From Vulcanimicrobiota bacterium (GTDB lineage: Bacteria; Vulcanimicrobiota; Vulcanimicrobiia; Vulcanimicrobiales; Vulcanimicrobiaceae): DNA of 64,000 nucleotides. Shown here piece after piece: positions 7,792 through 19,054 of this stretch. The stretch's first letter is position 1. Each line of letters begins with the position of its first letter. The stretch covers positions 128,001 through 192,000 of the forward strand of contig CAWAXX010000018.1 of NCBI GenBank assembly GCA_963786105.1, read 5' to 3'. The translations under genes were made by a program, and so were the position numbers. The notes under the pieces were generated by a model. The model saw nothing but the letters and a program-made list of their open reading frames with translations. It was not told where the DNA came from and made no database searches.

Positions 7792-10700
7792 ATGAAGTTT
7801 CGGCGCACGTACTCCACTCCCGAAGACCCCTATGCAGGCGTCGTCTTCGAACCGCGAACCTCCCGCATCGTCAACCCCGACGGATCGGTGATTTTCGAGG
7901 CCGAGGACGTCATGGTGCCGGCGGCGTGGAGTCAGGTCGCGGTCGACGTCCTCGCTCAGAAGTACTGCCGGAAGGCGGGCATCCCAAAGGCGATAAAGCC
8001 GGTCGAGGAAGAGGGCGTTCCGGATTGGCTGTGGCGTAGCGTCGCCGACGAGGCGGCCCTCGAAGACGTCCCGCGCAACGATCAGTTCGGACCCGAGCGG
8101 GACGCGCGCCAAGTTTTTAACCGTTTGGCCGGCTGCTGGACCTATTGGGGTTGGAAGTACGGCTATTTCGACACAGAAAGCGACGCCCGCATTTACCATG
8201 ACGAAATGTGCGCCATGCTGGCGCGCCAAATCGGCGCACCCAATTCGCCACAATTTTTCAACACCGGACTCCATTGGGCGTACGGCATTTCCGGGCCGTC
8301 GCAAGGGCATTACTTCGTCGATCCGGCGACCGCGCAGGCGCAGCCGTCGACCGATTCGTTCACCCATCCGCAGGTAAGTGCGTGCTTCATCCTCGGCATC
8401 GAAGACGACCTGACCAACGAGGGTGGCATCTTCGACGGCGTCACTCGCGAAGCGCGCATCTTTAAGGGCGGAAGCGGCAGCGGTGCGAATTTTTCAAAGA
8501 TTCGCGCGGCCGGCGAAAAGTTGACGGGTGGCGGAACGTCGAGCGGCTTGATGTCATTTCTCAAGGTGTTCGATCGCGCCGCCGGGGCGATCAAGTCCGG
8601 TGGAACGACGCGCCGCGCCGCCAAGATGGTCGTGCTCAACGCCGATCATCCCGATGTCGAAGACTTCGTCAACTGGAAAGTACGCGAGGAGCGCAAAGTC
8701 GCCGATCTCGTCGTCGGTTCGCGCATCTTCGAAAAGCATATCAACGCGATCATCTCGGCGGCCCACGACACACGCGTTCCAGAGCACGCTCGGCTCGATC
8801 CGGCACTGAACGCCTCCCTCCGCCAGGCGATCCGGGAAGCGATCTCGCTGGGAATTCCGTCGGGCGCCACCCAATCCGCCCTCGACTACGCGCGTCAAGG
8901 TTACACGCGGCTTGAAGTCGAGCAATACGACACCGCCTGGGATTCCGAAGCGTACATCACGGTTTCAGGTCAGAACTCCAACAACTCGGTCCGCCTGACG
9001 AACGAATTTTCAACGCTCTCGACCACGACGACGACTGGCACCTGAAGTGGCGCACCAACGGCGGCGTCGCCAAGACGATCAAGGCGCGCGACTTGTGGGA
9101 GCAGATCGGCATCGCCGCCTGGCAGTCGGCCGATCCGGGTCTTCAGTTCGACGACACGATACAAGAGTGGCACACGTGCGCGAGCGACGAGCGGATCAAC
9201 GCAACGAATCCGTGCGTCACTGGTGATACCCTCGTGGCAACTGCCGACGGCCCGCAACGCATCCGAGACCTGGTCGGCAAAGCCGCGTTCGTAATCGGGG
9301 GAGACGGGCGCCCGCATTTCGTCAACAAGATCTTTCCAACCGGTACAAAGCCTGTCTTCCGCCTGCGCACCAAGGCCGGATACGAGATCGACCTCACCGC
9401 GGAGCACAAAGTGTGGACCGAGAATCGCGGCGACGTTCCTGCCACCGATCTCGTAGCAGGTGATCGATTTGCGCTCAGCGGGTCCGGGTTTGGTTCCGAA
9501 TCGCTCGAACCGGGGCTAGCCCTGGGAATCGGGATCGCCGTAGGCGATGGCTGCGTGACCAACGCGACTAGGCCCGGCCTCATCCTCACGATGTCCGAGG
9601 AAGAGGCACCGGTTCTCGCGAGTATTGCCGAGGCGATCAACATTCGCAAATCGCGCGCAGCGGATGGTCGAGGTCGACGGTCGACATCGGTTACCATACC
9701 GGCACGAGGAACCGGTTCCCGCATCTCCGTCGGGAACGCCGATATCGTCGGGCTTTTTGGCCGGTATGCCGTACTGAATCAAGGGAGCGCCGCAAAACGC
9801 TTCACCGACGCCATCTACAAGCTGGACCAACCATCTACCGCCAAAGTGCTGCGCGGTCTGTTCACCGCTGATGGGACGGTCGCCAACTACGGAACGAAAT
9901 CTCAGTACGTCTCGCTCGATTCGCGTTCGCTGACATTACTTAAGCAAACGCAACATCTTCTTCTGTCTTTCGGCGTAAAGTCCAAGCTCTATACCGATCG
10001 CAGAACCAGTCTTTCAGGGAATTGTCCGAATGGTAATGGAGGACTTGCGCGATACGATGCGCTTCAGATGCACTCGCTTCGTATCTCGCGCTCTTCGCGC
10101 CTTATCTTCGAACGAGAGATCGGATTTCACCCTCAGTCGCACAAGTCGATCGCCCTTCGGGCACTCAACAGCTCGATTGTGTGTTACGCCGACCCCCTCT
10201 TCGATGACTTTCAGTCCCTTGATCCGATCGGTACGCGCGACGTCTTCGATCTTACCGAGAACGACACTCAACACTTCGTCGCAAACGGTTTGCGAATACA
10301 CAATTGTTCAGAATACGTATTCATAGATGATACCGCGTGTAATTTGTCAAGTCTGAACCTCGTTAAATTCCTCAACGACGACGGCAACTTTGACGCGAAA
10401 AGATTCGCCGAGGCTTCGCGCGTTTGGACGACCACGCTGGAAATTTCGGTGACCATGGGTCAGATGCCATCAAAGCGAATCGCCGAGAAGAATCACCTGT
10501 ACCGCACGCTCGGCCTGGGATATGCCAACCTCGGGACGCTGCTCATGCGCATGGGTTTGCCGTACGATTCCGAGGAAGGCTTCGGCTGGTGCGCGGCCAT
10601 CTCGGCGCTCATGACGGGGGCGGCGTATCGCACCTCCGCAGAGATGGCGCAAAACCTCGGTGCCTTCGCCCGCTTCGAAGCCAATCGTGACTCGATGCTC

Positions 10701-12536
10701 CGCGTGATCCGCAACCATCGCCGCGCCGCCTACAACGCGCAGGACGCGGAATACGAACAACTCAGCACGACGCCGGTAACCCACGCCCCCACGCTCTTCA
10801 CCCAAGAAACGTGGGCGTTGGCACGCAAAATGTGGGACGACGCACTATCGATCGGCGAAGTTGCCGGCTTCCGCAACGCGCAGACCGTTGTGATCGCCCC
10901 GACTGGCACTATCGGTTTGGTCATGGATTGTGACACGACCGGCATCGAACCCGACTTTGCCCTAGTGAAATTCAAAAAACTCGCCGGCGGTGGGTACTTC
11001 AAGATCGTCAACCAGTCGGTCGACGCCGCGCTCCACAAACTCGGCTACTCGGACGAGCAGATTCTCGCGATCGAAACGTACGCTAAGGGTACCGGAACGC
11101 TCGAAGAAGCGCCGCATATCAACAGAGCGACGCTCAAAGCCAAAGGCTTCGACGACGACGCGATCGCGCGCGTCGAGGCCGTTCTGCCGAGTGCGTTCGA
11201 GCTGCCGTTCGTTTTTAATAAGTTCGTTCTCGGCGAAGCGTTTTGCATCGAGAAGCTCGGCATTCCGGAGGAGCGCCTCAACGATTGGAGCTTCTCCTTA
11301 CTTCGCGACGGCCTGGGCTTTGTGACCCAGCAGATCGAGGAGGCCTCGGCGCACATTTGCGGCCGCATGACGGTCGAAGGCGCGCCGTATCTCAAAGACG
11401 AGCACCTCGCGGTGTTCGATTGTGCCACACCGTGCGGACGATACGGATCGCGGTACATTCGCCCGCTGGCGCACGTCGATATGATGGCGGCGGCGCAACC
11501 GTTCGTCTCGGGAGCGATCAGCAAGACGATCAACTTCCCGCAGACGGCGACCATCGACGAAGTCAAGGAAGCCTACCGGTACTCGTGGGAGCGCATGATC
11601 AAAGCGGTCGCGCTGTATCGCGACGGTTCCAAGCTCTCGCAGCCGCTGGCCGCAAGCTACGATCTCGGTTCCGATGCCGGCGACGACCAGGTTGCCGCCA
11701 CGCAGTCACCGCAGCTTTTCGCGACGCCGATGCAGGTGGCCGAAAAAATCGTCTACCGTTACATTGCCAAACGGCGCCGGATGCCTCAACGCCGCAGCGG
11801 GTATACGCAAAAGGCCGTCATCTCCGGTCATAAGGTGTATCTGCGCACCGGCGAGTACGAAGGCGGCCAGCTCGGCGAAATCTTCATCGACATGCACAAG
11901 GAGGGCGCCGCCTTCCGCTCGCTGATGAACAACTTCGCCATTGCCATCTCGCTGGGTCTGCAACACGGCGTCCCACTCGAAGAGTTCGTAGAAGCCTTCA
12001 CGTTCACGCGTTTCGAGCCGAACGGGCCAGTCAGCGGACACGATCACATCAAGATGGCGACGTCGATCCTCGACTACATCTTCCGCGAGCTCGCGGTCAG
12101 CTACCTCGGGCGCTACGATCTCGCGCACGTGCAGCCCTCGATGCAGATGGACGCGATGGGCCCCGAGCCGCATGACGAATTCATCGCCGAGGAAGAGGGC
12201 GGCGTCAACGTTCGGCCGGCCGGGGTCGCGGAGCGTCTCCATCCGGTGAGCACCCATCTGCACCCCGGTCAAACGCCTCAGCCTGGGTCGTCGCAACCCG
12301 TCGCAAGCGTCGCAAGCGTCGCAACGTCGGCGGCCGGCGCGTCGCCGGCACTCGGCACCGGTACCGCTTCGTCGGGAACCTCTACCGCAACGCTTGCGCG
12401 GTCCGAAGCCGTTAACGCCTCAAAAGCAAAGGGCTATACGGGCAATGCGTGCCTGGAATGCGGTCAACTCACCATGGTTCGCAATGGCGCCTGTGAGAAA
12501 TGCGATTCGTGCGGAGCGACGTCGGGCTGCAGCTAA
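7792..12536 (+). CDS. nrdJ: Vitamin B12-dependent (class II) ribonucleotide reductase with intein; apparent 1-nt frameshift at 9007-9010
   Basis: [55 protein letters not shown]-like domain and C-terminal Zn ribbon; adding one T joins the two ORFs. Confidence 0.93.
9213..10304 (+). mobile_element. Intein with LAGLIDADG homing endonuclease (364 aa) in nrdJ
   Basis: Starts CVTGDT, block B LTAEHKV, LAGLIDADG-like IAVGDG and LRGLFTADG, ends [16 protein letters not shown] before Cys. Confidence 0.95.
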
Positions 12537-12545
12537 AAGCGAAGT

Positions 12546-13736
12546 TTAAGGTGGCGGCGGCGCTACGTAATTCCAGCCGTGCACTTTCGCAATCGCGTTG
12601 AGTACGGCGTTGCCGGCACGCAAACCGACGTCGGAATCCGTCATGATTACTGCGCCGTTTCCGGTGTCCGCAAACATTACCATCGTGGCCTGATAACCTA
12701 TGTTTCCACCGATGTGCCCAAAACGATGATGGGCGCCGACAACAACTCCAAATCCCATGCGGTCTGGATCGTCGCCCGTACCGAGAATATTGATTACCCC
12801 AGTACTCCACTGCGGCGTAATCATCGCCTCTGCCGTACGCGTCGAGAGAACCCGATGCGCTATACCGCGCGATTCAAGCGCAATCTCGATAGCTAGTTTC
12901 GCTAAATCGCTGGGTGTCGTCCACAATCCTCCTGCCGCCATCTCAGGTTGAACGTGCCAACCGCCGACTACTGGTGTGCCGCCAATCAGGGTTCCTCGCG
13001 CAGCACCAAGAGCTAACCGCGGCGGCAACGGTTGTTCGAAAGTGCTCTGCGTCATGCCGATCGGCGAGAAAACTAACCGTTGCATGAGCTGCGGGAACGT
13101 CTCGCCGGTCACATCCATCATCACTTCTTGCAAGACAAGGTACGCATTGCCGGAATAAGACCATTGCGAGCCGGGGACGCGCGTGACGACGATGGGATCG
13201 TTCATGGCGGGCCTCTCGCCGTTGAGGATCTGCACTAGAGACGGGACCGGCGTCCCGATCGCGTATCCTGGAAAAAAGTCGCCGCCGGTGATTCCCGACG
13301 TATGGTCAAGCAAACGCATCAGCGTTACTTTTTGACTGGCGACAAATGCGCTCGGTGGAATCTTCCAGGCCTTCAGACCCGAGTTCACGTCGGAGCCCAA
13401 CGACAGTTTGCCCGCATCCACCATCACGAGCGCCCCCACGGCAGTCACCGATTTGCTGATCGAACCGGCGAGAAAAAGCGTGCGCGACGTGACCGCAGTC
13501 GAACCGCCCGGCTCTGTGACACCGTAGCCCTTGGCCCATACGATTTTATAGCCCTGAATGACCGCGACGCTCATTCCGGGTATGCCGTTTGCCCTCATCA
13601 GAGCTCCGATGTCGACGCTGCTTTCCACCGCTGCGGCAGGATTCTCGGCGCATAACGGCATCGGGATCGCAAGCGCGAAGGCGAGCGCGATCCCCGGAAC
13701 AGCCTTAAGCAAGTTCACAATACCGACCCCTACCAT
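12546..13736 (-). CDS. Secreted serine hydrolase (beta-lactamase/AmpC-like)
   Basis: GSISK (SxxK), YSG, HIGGN motifs; signal peptide. Confidence 0.88.
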   Translation of the reverse strand: MVGVGIVNLLKAVPGIALAFALAIPMPLCAENPAAAVESSVDIGALMRANGIPGMSVAVIQGYKIVWAKGYGVTEPGGSTAVTSRTLFLAGSISKSVTAVGALVMVDAGKLSLGSDVNSGLKAWKIPPSAFVASQKVTLMRLLDHTSGITGGDFFPGYAIGTPVPSLVQILNGERPAMNDPIVVTRVPGSQWSYSGNAYLVLQEVMMDVTGETFPQLMQRLVFSPIGMTQSTFEQPLPPRLALGAARGTLIGGTPVVGGWHVQPEMAAGGLWTTPSDLAKLAIEIALESRGIAHRVLSTRTAEAMITPQWSTGVINILGTGDDPDRMGFGVVVGAHHRFGHIGGNIGYQATMVMFADTGNGAVIMTDSDVGLRAGNAVLNAIAKVHGWNYVAPPPP

Positions 13737-13835
13737 TGCCAGAGGTACGGCGTCGCAGCCAACCGTGTTTCGACGTCGTTATGCCCGCACTTACCGGTAA
13801 TAATCCGATGACGCCGCGTGCGCTAGCCAGGGGGC

Positions 13836-15614
13836 TCATCCTCCCGGGGTTAGTTCGCCTTTCCCCTCGAGAAGAGGCTTCAGAAACTGGCCGTCGTTGA
13901 CGCCGACTTCGGCTGCGATGAGATCGTTGAGTAACTTGTTCATGCGCAAGATCGTGTCGCGGTTCTTCTCGGGCTCGAGCACGAGGTTGTGCAACTCGTG
14001 GGGGTCGCTCTCGAGGTCGAAGAGCTGCGCGTCGTTGTTCTTCAGTATTTCCTCCAGCGTCAGCGGCGTGTTAAACGCGGTGGGCGCGTAGTAGCGGCCG
14101 AACTTGTAGCGCCCGTCGAACGCAAACGAAACAAGACCGCGCTTCGTCAAGTTCGCTTGACCGATCGAGGGCTGCGCCGTGTTCAGCATCTGGGAATCCA
14201 TGACGCTTTGGAGATACTTTGCATCGACCGTCGCAAGGCCCAGGTAGTTGAAGAGCACGCCCGGCCGCATCGCGTCGAGCTTGGCTTCTTGCGGGTTTGC
14301 GAGCAATCCGGAGAAGTCGTGTCCGGGCAGCGCTTTCACGTTCGCAGGACGCTGCGTCTCGGGCAGTCCCGTCAATCCGACGAAGGTTGGCACCAAGTCG
14401 AGATGGCTGGTCAGCGCGATGCAGCTGGCGCCGGACGGCCCCGTCGGATGGGCGATAATCATCGGCACGTGCGCGTTTTGCTCGTAGACGAAGGGCCCTT
14501 TGCCCTTCAGACCGCCGTGGGAACCCCCCATCTCGCCGTGATCCGCCGTGAACACAATAACGGTGTCGCGCCACAAATCCATCTCGTTGAAGACGTCGAC
14601 AACCTGTTTAACGTTCCGTTCGTTGTCTTGTATCGTATTCAAGTAGTAGTTGTAGAAGATCGTCCACATATCGGTCCGATCGGCCGGGATCGTGCCGGAC
14701 CAACCATCCCAGCCTTTTCGGTACTCGTCGAGAGCACTCGGCATTCCGTCGGATGTGAGCGATTCCGCAAGGCTCTCCGGTAGCGTGAGCGCCCATTTCC
14801 GTTCGTAAATGGAGTTTGGCGGTGGGGGCGGCGTCGCCGCTGGGGTCACGGGCTTCTGAACCGCCGGTTCGCCTGGAACGTTACCGTCACCGTACATGAT
14901 GTCGTGCGGATTCACAAAGCTTGCAACCATGAAGAACGGTTGGCCGCCGCTCTTGCGCGATTGCATCGCGGCGTTGCGGAGCCAGCGCACGCTTTCACCG
15001 GCGATGAAGGGATCGTTTTCGAAGCCGCTGAGGGGAGCGCTCCCGATGTCGCCGCCGGCGCCGAACATGTCAAAGCCATAGGCCGCGGCGGCGGTGCTGT
15101 AGTTGACGGTTGATTCGGGGGTGAGGATCCCCTTGTCCATTTCGAACTTGCCGAAGTACGCGGTTTTATATCCGAGCTCTTTTAGCACCGAGCCGACGTT
15201 CGGAATGTTCGGATTCAGTGTCGGCACAAAGGCGAACTGCTGCTGGTCGATGACGTGATGGTACTGCGGCGGCCGGCCGGTGAGGAACGTGGCGCGCGAC
15301 GGCGTGCACATCGCCGAGGCGGTGTAGTGATTTGCAAACGTGACACCGTTGCTTGCGATCGCATCCGTTCCCGGCAGCGAATACTCCGGACCGCCATGGA
15401 GCTTATGCGTTTGCTGGTCGACGATGATGAAGACGATGTTGTATGGCGGTTGGCCCGGTGGGCCCTTACGCGTGGCTTTAGCGCCCTGTGCCTGCGACGG
15501 CGAAGTCTGCGCGGCACTCGGTAAGCTCGATCCCAGCGCGGCAGCCGCCAGGGTCGATGCTCCCACGATAACGTCGCGACGATTGACGGTCCCTTTCGCA
15601 GTGCCGCTCTTCAT
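13836..15614 (-). CDS. Tat-exported sulfatase-like hydrolase
   Basis: NRRDVI Tat motif; CTPSR formylglycine motif; FTADHGE. Confidence 0.88.
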   Translation of the reverse strand: MKSGTAKGTVNRRDVIVGASTLAAAALGSSLPSAAQTSPSQAQGAKATRKGPPGQPPYNIVFIIVDQQTHKLHGGPEYSLPGTDAIASNGVTFANHYTASAMCTPSRATFLTGRPPQYHHVIDQQQFAFVPTLNPNIPNVGSVLKELGYKTAYFGKFEMDKGILTPESTVNYSTAAAAYGFDMFGAGGDIGSAPLSGFENDPFIAGESVRWLRNAAMQSRKSGGQPFFMVASFVNPHDIMYGDGNVPGEPAVQKPVTPAATPPPPPNSIYERKWALTLPESLAESLTSDGMPSALDEYRKGWDGWSGTIPADRTDMWTIFYNYYLNTIQDNERNVKQVVDVFNEMDLWRDTVIVFTADHGEMGGSHGGLKGKGPFVYEQNAHVPMIIAHPTGPSGASCIALTSHLDLVPTFVGLTGLPETQRPANVKALPGHDFSGLLANPQEAKLDAMRPGVLFNYLGLATVDAKYLQSVMDSQMLNTAQPSIGQANLTKRGLVSFAFDGRYKFGRYYAPTAFNTPLTLEEILKNNDAQLFDLESDPHELHNLVLEPEKNRDTILRMNKLLNDLIAAEVGVNDGQFLKPLLEGKGELTPGG

Positions 15615-15784
15615 GCCAAAATTATCCTCCGGCGGTAGGTTGGCGCACCTTAGGTCCCGCCGACGATTCGACGGCCGAGCGACCGCTCCCGGTACGTTGC
15701 GTTGCCAGGCCCGCGGGCGGATCGCGGGAATACGTACCGGTTGGAATACGTGGACCGTACTTGTAGAAACGGCATCCGCTCGGC

Positions 15785-16918
15785 GTGAATCGGCGAACCT
15801 TCTCTCTGTTTGCCGCGTCGGGTTGCGCCGCACTTCCGCTTCGCACGCTCGCGAGTGCCGGCTCTACTCGGATCGCCGATGAGATGCGCTGGACCGGAGT
15901 ACCCGGCGCGGCGTTTGCTCGGGTCGATCGTACTTCGCTCCACTGTACTCCCATCGGCTTGCGCGACGTAGCTACGCGGCTACCGGTAACGACGTCAACG
16001 TTCTTTGAAGCCGCATCCCTGTCCAAGCCCGTCTTCGCCTACGCCGTCCTTGGACTCGTTGCGCGAGGGACGCTCGATCTCGATCGCCCGCTCGATACCT
16101 ATCTTCCCGCTCCGTATCCGATCGCGGACCGGCATGGTGCTACAATTTCCGCACGACACGTTCTCTCGCATACCAGCGGTCTGCCGAACTGGAGGCACGC
16201 AGCAGGGGAGGAGCTGTCGCTCGCGTTTGTGCCCGGAACGCGGTACCGTTATTCAGGCGAAGGCTTCTATTTCTTACAAACGGTGGTCGAGCACCTTACC
16301 GGAGAGCCGACGGCACGATTCATGCGCTCCACATTGGACGAACTCGGAATGCGCGACAGCAGCTACGTCTGGCGGGATGAGGACGCTACGAACTGCGCGC
16401 TTCCATACGACGCTGACGGCAAGGCCTTGCGACACGATACCGCGCTTCTGGGGCGGCAGTTGATCGCGATCGGGCGGGCGCATTCGAAACCCCTGGAAGA
16501 CTGGAACAGCGCGGACGCACTCGCCGCGTTGCCGTCCGTACGCCCGCCGGTCGCCGCACTTCCCTGGAATGCCATGCCAAACGTCGGGTGGTCCTTGCTT
16601 ACGACGGTGCGCGACTACGCGCGGTTCGTGCAGACGCTCTTGAACCAGCCCAACCACCCCATGTTTACGCCCACCATTCAACTAAGCGACTACATCTGGC
16701 GCGGCCTCGGCGTCGCATTACAGAAGCGAGCGGCGTCGATCGCATTCTTTCACACCGGATCGAATCCGGGCTTCAAAGCCGCAATGTTCGGCGATTCGAA
16801 GACCCGCCTCGGTTTTGTATCATTTGCGAACGGCGACGGCGGGTTTCCGCTGAACATGCATTTGCTCGAAGACGCCGTTGGCATCCAGCCGGTGGTCTTC
16901 TACCTCGAACAGCCGTAG
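15785..16918 (+). CDS. Serine hydrolase (beta-lactamase family), probable Tat substrate
   Basis: NRRTF, ASLSK, YSGEG and HTGSNPG motifs. Confidence 0.88.
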   Translation: MNRRTFSLFAASGCAALPLRTLASAGSTRIADEMRWTGVPGAAFARVDRTSLHCTPIGLRDVATRLPVTTSTFFEAASLSKPVFAYAVLGLVARGTLDLDRPLDTYLPAPYPIADRHGATISARHVLSHTSGLPNWRHAAGEELSLAFVPGTRYRYSGEGFYFLQTVVEHLTGEPTARFMRSTLDELGMRDSSYVWRDEDATNCALPYDADGKALRHDTALLGRQLIAIGRAHSKPLEDWNSADALAALPSVRPPVAALPWNAMPNVGWSLLTTVRDYARFVQTLLNQPNHPMFTPTIQLSDYIWRGLGVALQKRAASIAFFHTGSNPGFKAAMFGDSKTRLGFVSFANGDGGFPLNMHLLEDAVGIQPVVFYLEQP

Positions 16919-16923
16919 CCGGG

Positions 16924-18789
16924 TTATTCTACTCGAATAACCGCCATCATGCCGTTGTCTTCGTGGAACAGCATGTGGCAGTGGAATACGAACGTGCCTT
17001 TGGGTACGTGGCGAAAATCGAGCAATATCTTCGTGATGCTCGGCTGGACCATCGGATAATTGGGATCGTGACGGTTCGGCAGCAGCCGCCCGACGGGCAC
17101 GAACGACGTGTCCACCGAGACCGGAATACCTGCAGAGCCGCGTTCCTGGACGTAAGACATCTGATGGATGTGGAAGACGTGCGATTCCATCGTCGCGTTG
17201 ATCAGATACCATTCCTCGACGCTGCCGGCCCGCACGACGACGTCGGCGCTCGATGGAACGGTACCGTTCGCCGCGTAGTCCGGCCAAAATGGGTGCTCGT
17301 GGAACTGCGGGTTGGTGGTATCGGTGATGTAATAAGCACCGTGTTCGGGCGCCTTCGTCGTCTTGGGAAACCCGTATTCCGTAAAGGTGATAGCTCTCCG
17401 GCGCACCAGCGATGGATTGGCGCGCGCGAATGCGACGAGCTTTGCGGCCGGCGTCTTAGAAATCTGCACGGGCACGGGGGTCAACTCCGCCGCTTCCCCC
17501 GTCGCGCCGGCTACGCCGTGGATCCGCAGCACGTCGTGGTGCATCTGGAAGAACGCATCGGAGCCTTCACAGTAGTGCTCGCTGGACAGCGTCAGCGTTT
17601 GGCCCACACCCACCGTTACCAACACGTCGGCACGGGCCATCGGCGCGACCATCACGTCGTTCATCGCGACGTACCGTGTCAAGGGGTGAGACATATCTCC
17701 CGACACGGGGATACCGTCGAGGCCGACGACCCGCATCGTTTGCACGCGTCCTTCCGCATCGCGCAACTGCAAACGCTTGGGCGAATCCGACGTTGCGTCG
17801 ATGAGCCGGAAGAGCTGCACTTGGCCCGCGGGAACGTCGAGCGATGCCGGCGCCATCGATCCGTCCACGCTTACGACGGGTTCGGCGCCGAGCCCGTCGC
17901 AGCCGCTTGCATCCGCCGTAACCCCGCCGGCGCTCATCGCGAAGGTCAACGGCCACGGCGGCGGATTAAAAGGATCGTAGGCAACCGGCGTCGCCTGCTT
18001 GAGGGCGGTTTGGTGTCTTTCAGAAAGGGTTACTGCTGCGCCCCCGTCGTCGGGCACGAAACGATTGTCTAATCGAATCGGCAGCCGGTAACGAAGCAGG
18101 ACGACGTGATCCGCGGAACGTGGAATTTGTGGACGATTCGGCTCCACGATCCACGCCCCGGACAGGCCGCGCGCCACTTCCGCATCTGCCGAGCCATGCG
18201 CGTGCGGGTGGTAGAAATACGTGCCCGGTGGTTGCGTCGCGGGGATCGTGACGTGATACTCGCACGCGTGCATCGGCGTGCTCAGCGTCGAAAGGAAGAC
18301 GTTTTCTTCGGCCGCCGGACCTTCGAAGCCGTGCAAGTGGATGTTCGTATCCACCGGACGCACGGGCACGTACCGGTCGTCGATGATATGATTCAGATAG
18401 CCGACGTAGTGCGTGACCGTCGCCGGATCCATGTGCATGGGCATGCACGGCGGGACCGCCGTCGACGCGACGCGCTCGCCTTTGCTGGGACCCGAAATAT
18501 CGTTGACGACGCGTACCGCGAAATGTTCGCCCGGCCGCACGCGAATGGTCGGCGCGACGGTTTGCACCGAGCCGTTCCATTCATATCGGTAGCAGAACGC
18601 CTTCGCGTCTCCGTGGGCGGCGAGAATCAACTCGTGCTCGCCCGTTGCATTGAGCGGAAGGTTCCAAACGTCGACGTTCGGCGGCTCCATCAACGCGCGA
18701 GCGTCGGACAACGGACCGCACGCTGGAGCGCGATGTCGCGGCGGTGAAGCGGCCGCGGTCTGCGGCACGGCGCCGCCGACCCCCGCCAA
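16924..18789 (-). CDS. Multicopper oxidase (start probably slightly upstream)
   Basis: HLHG, YHPHAHG, HVFHIHQ and HCHMLFHEDNGMM Cu-binding motifs. Confidence 0.9.
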   Translation of the reverse strand: MAGVGGAVPQTAAASPPRHRAPACGPLSDARALMEPPNVDVWNLPLNATGEHELILAAHGDAKAFCYRYEWNGSVQTVAPTIRVRPGEHFAVRVVNDISGPSKGERVASTAVPPCMPMHMDPATVTHYVGYLNHIIDDRYVPVRPVDTNIHLHGFEGPAAEENVFLSTLSTPMHACEYHVTIPATQPPGTYFYHPHAHGSADAEVARGLSGAWIVEPNRPQIPRSADHVVLLRYRLPIRLDNRFVPDDGGAAVTLSERHQTALKQATPVAYDPFNPPPWPLTFAMSAGGVTADASGCDGLGAEPVVSVDGSMAPASLDVPAGQVQLFRLIDATSDSPKRLQLRDAEGRVQTMRVVGLDGIPVSGDMSHPLTRYVAMNDVMVAPMARADVLVTVGVGQTLTLSSEHYCEGSDAFFQMHHDVLRIHGVAGATGEAAELTPVPVQISKTPAAKLVAFARANPSLVRRRAITFTEYGFPKTTKAPEHGAYYITDTTNPQFHEHPFWPDYAANGTVPSSADVVVRAGSVEEWYLINATMESHVFHIHQMSYVQERGSAGIPVSVDTSFVPVGRLLPNRHDPNYPMVQPSITKILLDFRHVPKGTFVFHCHMLFHEDNGMMAVIRVE

Positions 18790-19054
18790 AACGAGGATCA
18801 GCGCGGGCCATACAAAGGACCGGCCGTTTATTCGAATATTAGAAGTTTGCGTTGTGGCTTTTTGAAGTCCTGTTTATTGTGTCGAAGCCGCACATGGATG
18901 ATCCGGCGTGCGTCAGGTGGCTCGTCGCGCCAAGCATCGCTCAACCGGGACTTTTGGTACCGTGGAAACTGGTACGAAGGTCCCGGGCAGCTCGTTTGAA
19001 AATAGCCTCGCCGGCGTTGCAACTCCTCGGCCCAGTCCAGGCGTTTTGGTCGGC

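Noticed and set aside
9001..9015. Programmed -1 ribosomal frameshift in nrdJ
   Set aside because: No canonical slippery heptamer seen; a homopolymer error is simpler
12290..12330. GTCGCAAGC tandem repeat
   Set aside because: Encodes a low-complexity VAS linker in NrdJ; not CRISPR-like
16588..18072. 494-aa plus-strand ORF
   Set aside because: Antisense shadow of the multicopper oxidase; expected in high-GC DNA
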